NCBI GenBank assembly: GCA_028534125.1
Contig: CM052852.1
Span: forward strand, 75,764,001-75,828,000
Length of the DNA stretch: 64,000 nt
Origin: Lama glama
Lineage: Eukaryota
Direction of reading: 5' to 3'
Part shown: in pieces, positions 59,001-64,000 of the stretch
Numbering within the stretch: position 1 is the first letter of the stretch
Layout: every line of letters begins with the position of its first letter
Program-made: the position numbers and the translations under genes
Notes under the pieces: model-generated
The model's database searches: none
What the model was told of the DNA's origin: nothing
What the model saw: the letters and a program-made list of their open reading frames with translations, nothing else

Positions 59001-62000
59001 TGCATTTTCCTTCTCTCCTGCCATGCCTTAGGTGGGGCAGAGCCTTACCAGGCACACTCCTCTTGAAACCAGTAAGTTCTTCAGGGTGATCTTGCTGAAG
59101 TTGCCATTGTATGAATATCAGGCACAAATACAACAAGGAGTAAGCTGAGCTGCGCAGCTCTGAAGATATTTTGCGTTTTCTGCTTTTTGTAACATTTCTG
59201 AGAAGGCAAAATAGATCAAGCCTATGCCTAAGGGATGACTCAAGGGGGGTTTAGAAAAGCCCCATTTTTACTGTCAAATCTGGTTTTTTATTTTTAAAAA
59301 ACACACTGATTTTCTTTTGCTAGATTGTTGGCTTTCGTCCTGAGCTTGGAGACCCTGTGAAGGTTTCTTGCAAAGTTCAGGTAAGGTGCCTTTCTGAGTA
59401 AGCACTTTCAGCACATCTGTTTCATGCAAAAAGGTGAGTCATCCCTTCCAAGGGCTTTACCATGGACGACTGAATAAGGGTTAAGGAAGGAGTTATTCTT
59501 TTCATAACTATACCTCCCTTTGCACTTTCAGGCCTCCCTATTTCCAGAAAGCATTCAATTCATGTGTATTTGTGTAGGGGGTGTGTGTGTGTGTGTGTGC
59601 TGATTTATACCTGTGAAACCCAAAGACCCAACCTCAGCTGAGGGCCACAGCAGGGAACAACTACGTGCCAAGTCATTAACTGGGATTCTGTTTACACTTT
59701 TGCTTTTAGCTCTAATTACTTGTTTCTTTAAACTAAACAAGCAGCTTTCATTAGAATCATTAGTCCCTGCTTTTAAAACTGAATTTCACTTTTTGCAGCA
59801 ATGACCAGTGGCACTGGGTGTTGCAATAACAAATGACTACAAGGGAAGTATAAACAGAACTCCATTAATATGCTAATTAACTGTCCTTCAAGGGACCATT
59901 AACTCCTATCTCATCTGTGCCAATTAGCTCCTTTGTAGGAAAAAGCCCTAGATCTTAGGTTTGCTTCTTAAACCGGCAGTAGCTCCCTCCTGTTTGATAA
60001 CATCAACTACACCCTGAGCCCTGGACAGTTGCCTTGCGAATGTGTGAAGCCAGGTAATTCCATTCTCAGTACTAGAAATAAAGCTCAAAACTCCAGTCTT
60101 GATGGTGGCAGATCAGAAAGCAGCAGAAGGCAGCATTTATTCAGCCAAGTGTTCACATTCAGCAAGCATGTATTGATCACTTATTATGTACCAGGTGCTT
60201 TGCTAGGTGTTGGGGCTGCCAAGAGAACTATGAATCTGTCTCTGAAATCAGGGCAGTCAAGTGATACAGGCGCTATGAAAGGTGTAGTGAGGACATTAAA
60301 GATGGAAAGGTTAGTTCCACATGGGAGGTGGTGACACTGAACATGAGTTCTGAAAGGTCAGCCAGTGCCTGCCAGGTGCCCAAGGTAGGAAGGACATTCA
60401 TTCTGTTCACATGTACATGAGCGTGTATATAAATACACACACACGTGATGTGTGACTACAAACTAGTGGAATTGACTCCACAGACCATTCACAAAAAAAT
60501 GAATTTCAATGCTTTTTAGAAGAATATATAAATAAACCCTAAAGACGAACTCAGTCTCAAACTAGCATATTAATTGCATAGAGTCCTGCTTATAGTTTCC
60601 TAGTGAAAGCCATTCATTTTTCAGCTTATATTGAACCTTGCTGAGAACCGTCCTTTTTTAAAAAGAAAAAAGAAATATTAAGAGTCATCATACGTCCTAC
60701 ATAAATCAATACTGGTCAAATCCACACCCACTGGTGGAAATCAAGTAGGATAAGGTAATTATTAGACTAAATTAAGGAGAGCTCAGTTTATACTAAGAGC
60801 AATTACACTATGTTGACAGAAGGAATCACATGACCCTAGTGAGTGATGCGCTAGCGGCACACTGTTTGTCCCTTACTAGCCCCCAGACCTCTGCTTTTTA
60901 GGGCAAGTCGATTGCAGGAGCAGAACGTGCAGTCTGCTCCCTGACATGATGGGATGAGGGGAGACTTGGCTATGTAAGCATTTCCAGTACTGGGCCTCTC
61001 TAGCTCATCCTCCTGCCTCCACCTGCTGTAATGAAGCACCTCAGAGAATACAGTCAGAGACATGCGTTTAAGCGAGCCAGATATAGACTGTGTCCCTCTG
61101 TACCTGGTCTGACCTCCAAAAGAACTGAGACCTCAGTGTGCACGTTGTCACGGAGGGGGATTTACTAACCCCATAAATTCTAATTTACACCTGCCTCGGC
61201 GCCAATGTCCCAGACTGGGTGCCAGGCCCAGTATGATGCTAGCACAGTAGGTCCTTTTGCCAGAGCAACACCATGTACTGCAAGCCCCTTGGAGCCCTTC
61301 TGTCTGGGTCCCCTCGGAGCCAGCACAGAGCCATACTGAGAACCTTCAGCCTCCGGAGGCTGGGCCTTCTATTCAGTACTCTTTGAACTGAAAAGCCAAG
61401 GTACTGTCTCTTCCTGGAATCATTCCTCTGGGGATAGGTCTGGGCTGAGCCGTGCCCCATTCTGCTTTCGTCGTCTTCCTGAGATGGTTGTAGAACACAC
61501 AGTGATTTCACCTGGGACACAGGTCCCTTTAGCTCAGGTTCCATCTCACTGAGTGACCCCCCCCACATGACATGTACCTACTTTTACTTACAGAGAGGTG
61601 ATGAAAATGACATCCGATCCATCAATTACTACCCAGAGTCGGCTTCTTTTGACCTCCGCTACTACCCTTACTACGGCAAACTGACTCATGTAAGTCTGTA
61701 TTCCCTTCAGTCTCTGCTGTCAGAAAGGGCTCAGAGACAAAGCGCTGGCTGGGATCTGTAAGAATTAGGGAGCAGCAGGTAGTAGCAAAGGGGTAAATAG
61801 TCGCTGGCCAAGACTGAGTTCACTCTACCAATTCCTATCCCAACCACTCCTTTCCAAATCTGAAGGCATCTCAGATATGGTCTGGCCTAACACCTTCAGT
61901 TCACAGATGGAGAAATTAGGGTTCAGAGAGAAGTGACTCGCCCAAGGTCATATAGCTAATTAGTGGCAGAGTCAGGAGCAGACAAATCACTTGCCATTGC

Positions 62001-62574
62001 ACTCAATTACACCCAAATAATCACACTTTCTTATTGCTCCCACTTGGAGCCTTGGGGCAGCGAAGGCTTCATCTCCATCTTAGAGACTTGATAAATACTA
62101 GTTCTGGTTTGATTCATTGGCTGCTATCCAGAAAACCACATCACACTGAGCTAGAAATAGTTTTCCCCAGAGGACAATCAGACAACTGACACTGACTTAT
62201 GAGAGAAATATGTCATTTCCCCACTGTCCCAGGGCAGAGAGAACATGTCTGTTGCTTTAGCCATTTCTGACTTGACATCGTGGGATTTACTCAGTTCCCA
62301 TTGTGGACGTTATTCCATCCTGCACTGAATATCTGATCACTTCCATCCTATTGCCCTCCCCCACATACCCTCCCCTCCTCACACTTAGAATTTATTGTTC
62401 TTCCACCTACAGGTTAACTACACCTCCCCGCTGGTGGCGATGCACTTTACAGATGTGGTAAAGAACCAAGCAGTGCCTGTGCAGTGCCAACTGAAGGGCA
62501 AAGGCATCATAAATGATGTCATCAATGATCGTTTTGTGGGTAGGGTAATCTTTACTCTGAACATAGAAACCTAA
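47012..62574 (+). CDS. ATP1B4: ATP1B4 (Na,K-ATPase beta-4 / BetaM), spliced CDS join(47012..47074,50860..51115,55128..55256,[exon 4 ~105 nt in gap],58515..58711,59324..59380,61594..61689,62413..62574); ~354 aa if exon 4 is 105 nt
   Basis: Exons translate in consistent phase to MRRQLRSRRAPAFPYGYRYRL-DDQDEVNQNYLADEEEE...-TM-...YYPYYGK...IFTLNIET*, the mammalian BetaM sequence. Six ectodomain Cys are present and all visible introns are GT-AG. Confidence 0.97.
50860..51115 (+). CDS. ATP1B4: ATP1B4 exon 2 (Glu-rich domain); alternative donor ends exon at 51103
   Basis: Acceptor ctgtttcag|GAC; DDQDEVNQNYLADEEEEAEEEAR...NAWWQKL...YLWDPEKRMSLARTGQSW; donors G|gtcaga (51104) and A|gtaagt (51116). Confidence 0.96.
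52880..53080 (-). mobile_element. MIR SINE (ATP1B4 intron 2)
   Basis: 'ccccattttacagatgcagaaactgaggcttagagagggtaagtaactt...gggattcaaacccagg'. Confidence 0.85.
54150..54370 (-). mobile_element. MIR SINE (ATP1B4 intron 2)
   Basis: 'ttatcctcattttacagatgaggaaattgaggcccagaga'. Confidence 0.8.
55128..55256 (+). CDS. ATP1B4: ATP1B4 exon 3 (transmembrane helix)
   Basis: Acceptor tctgcag|GC; LILVIYFFFYASLAAVITLCMYTLFLTISPYMPTFTERVKPP; donor G|gtgagt at 55257. Confidence 0.97.
55471..55634 (+). other. ATP1B4: Assembly gap (164 N) inferred to hide ATP1B4 exon 4
   Basis: The ~35-aa segment expected between KPPG and GYNDS (GVMIRPFAHSLNFNFNVS...FLQ in human, from memory) is not found in called bases of 55257-58514; this is the only gap in that interval and is long enough. 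Confidence 0.8.
56643..56809. mobile_element. MER5A/MER5A1-like hAT element
   Basis: 'ctactcaaagtgtgatccagggaccagaagcatcagcattacttgggagtttgttagaaaggcagaatctcaggcc...cttgagaagtgctg'. Confidence 0.8.
58515..58711 (+). CDS. ATP1B4: ATP1B4 exon 5
   Basis: Acceptor ctttag|GT; YNDSLQEEMNVDCPPGQYFIQDGDEDEDKKACQFKRSFLKNCSGLEDPTFGYSTGQPCILLKMNR; donor CGG|gtatat. Confidence 0.97.
59324..59380 (+). CDS. ATP1B4: ATP1B4 exon 6 (IVGFRPELGDPVKVSCKVQ)
   Basis: Acceptor tttcttttgctag|ATT, donor CAG|gtaagg, 57 nt, phase 0-0. Confidence 0.96.
59581..59599. repeat. (GT)n microsatellite in ATP1B4 intron 6
   Basis: gtgtgtgtgtgtgtgtgtg. Confidence 0.9.
61594..61689 (+). CDS. ATP1B4: ATP1B4 exon 7 (RGDENDIRSINYYPESASFDLRYYPYYGKLTH)
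   Basis: Acceptor cttttacttacag|AGA, donor CAT|gtaagt; conserved beta-subunit YYPYYGK motif. Confidence 0.97.
61890..61980 (-). mobile_element. MIR fragment (ATP1B4 intron 7)
   Basis: 'cacagatggagaaattagggttcagagagaagtgactcgcccaaggtcatatagctaattagtggcagag'. Confidence 0.75.
62413..62574 (+). CDS. ATP1B4: ATP1B4 exon 8 coding part to stop
   Basis: Acceptor ttccacctacag|GTT; VNYTSPLVAMHFTDVVKNQAVPVQCQLKGKGIINDVINDRFVGRVIFTLNIET-TAA(62572-62574). Confidence 0.97.
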   Translation, partial: VNYTSPLVAMHFTDVVKNQAVPVQCQLKGKGIINDVINDRFVGRVIFTLNIET

Positions 62575-64000
62575 GAACTTCAGGGAGCCACTCCCACCAG
62601 TTCTGTTTCTGTTCTATTTTGTGTTACCCTGGTACCACCTGAATTCTTTTTCTGCCATCGGGACACAGCCAAATGGACACCTAAGATAGCAGATCATCTT
62701 TCCTTGCTTTTGACATATGTATAAAATGACATTGTGGGAGCTATTTGATTTTTTAAAGGTAGTCTCTCCTGATGACAAATAGATTATATTAATTTCCTTT
62801 CCCCCTGCTTAAAACTAAAACCCATTGTTGCTGCTAGAAGTCTCACTGTAGTGTAAACATAGTATCTGATAAAATTCACAATAGTCATAAAAGAGAATTT
62901 CTATAATGATTATAAATTCATGTTTTCTAAAACTTTGTTGTTTTTAGAGATGAGATTCCTTCCAACCAGGCTGATAACTAACCCTTTTTTTAAAACCTGC
63001 CTGGCAAGGTCTTTCCCTGAGAATCACCAACCAGACCAATCCAGAATACACCTAGGGCCACCATGCCTAGGGAACTCTATATCCAGAGGTGCCTGTGAAA
63101 CTGGCTGCCTCACATGGGCAACTAAATACTGATGCAAAGACTAGCTTATCTTCAACTGGGACAGAAGTCAGTGATAACTGGATATTGTTCTGAGATAGAC
63201 CAGAACATGGACCTTCCCTATGACTTTTTTGGGAGGTGAGGCCCACTGCAATTGGGGAGAACACCTACCATGTGGATGTGACTGGTATTTGATTCCTTGC
63301 TTTGTGGTGTAATCATCCAAAGGCAAACATTCCTGCAAAAAGATTTGTCTCAGCTTCAGGCAGAGGAGAAAACAAAGAAGATCTCTACCAGCTGATTCTT
63401 ATTTGTTTGACAGTAGTATGATGTCTCAAAGGAGACCATCAGAGATGGATGTATTGACGCCCGCAATACAGCTCCGAGGACGGAAATGAGGGTCTCCCAA
63501 TTGATGTGTGGTAAGACAGAAAGCCCCTGACAGGCCACCTTAAATCCAAGGCCCATTAGCCAGCTTTTCATTTGCTTAAGAAATGATATGAAGCAGATAT
63601 TTATCCAGGCTGTGGATCGGCCAGGCAGCTTGGTCTTATCTTTGGCCATGAGACTGTTGAATTGCTCCTTAACACCTCCACCAGGGGGAGGGCTGGGACA
63701 AGGAGAAAAAGAGTATCGGAGAAGAGCAGAGTGTCAGGGTCCAAAGCAAGCTTAAATGCTACCTAGAAGTATCCAGAGTCTGAATCTCCTCTACTATGTT
63801 CACCTGCTCCCAAAACAGGGAACGGATAGTCTGGTAGTGAAGACAAACAAGAGAAGTAACTGCAACATAGTATGACAAGAGTTATAAAACTAGTATGTGG
63901 AAATGCTATGGAAACATGAGGAAAAGTAACTTAAGCTGAGAAAGTAGCAGAGGCCATTTCACATGCAAAGTCACCATCACGAAAGTCCATGGTGTGTTTG
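62575..64000 (+). other. ATP1B4: ATP1B4 3' UTR, probably continuing past the window
   Basis: Follows the stop codon; I saw no canonical AATAAA before the window end. Confidence 0.55.

Overview
Mammalian genomic DNA, most likely camelid (Vic-1-type tRNA-derived SINEs, young L1 3' ends) and probably chromosome X (ATP1B4 is X-linked in placental mammals). It comes from a gappy draft assembly with 10 N-runs. The only protein-coding gene I can support is ATP1B4 (X,K-ATPase beta-m / BetaM) on the + strand, ATG 47012 to TAA 62574. Seven of its eight coding exons are readable with canonical GT-AG sites. Exon 4 is absent from the called bases and most likely sits in the N-gap 55471-55634. Positions ~10-35 kb form a nested retroelement pile: an L2 > L1 > two-LTR ERVL provirus, a twin-primed L1 with an inverted ORF1 and no ORF2 body, an L1-in-L1 chimera, and an LTR16/ERV3-16A3-like provirus carrying MaLR, MLT2 and MER53 insertions. 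Non-repetitive flanks hold candidate regulatory elements: a CpG-rich patch at ~8.7-9.5 kb and an E-box/TEAD cluster ~2.2-2.6 kb upstream of ATP1B4. I see no CRISPR array, prokaryotic system or convincing novel protein-coding system. Most ORF-track entries are spurious or N-gap artefacts. Repeat family names are from remembered consensus sequences and need RepeatMasker/Dfam confirmation.
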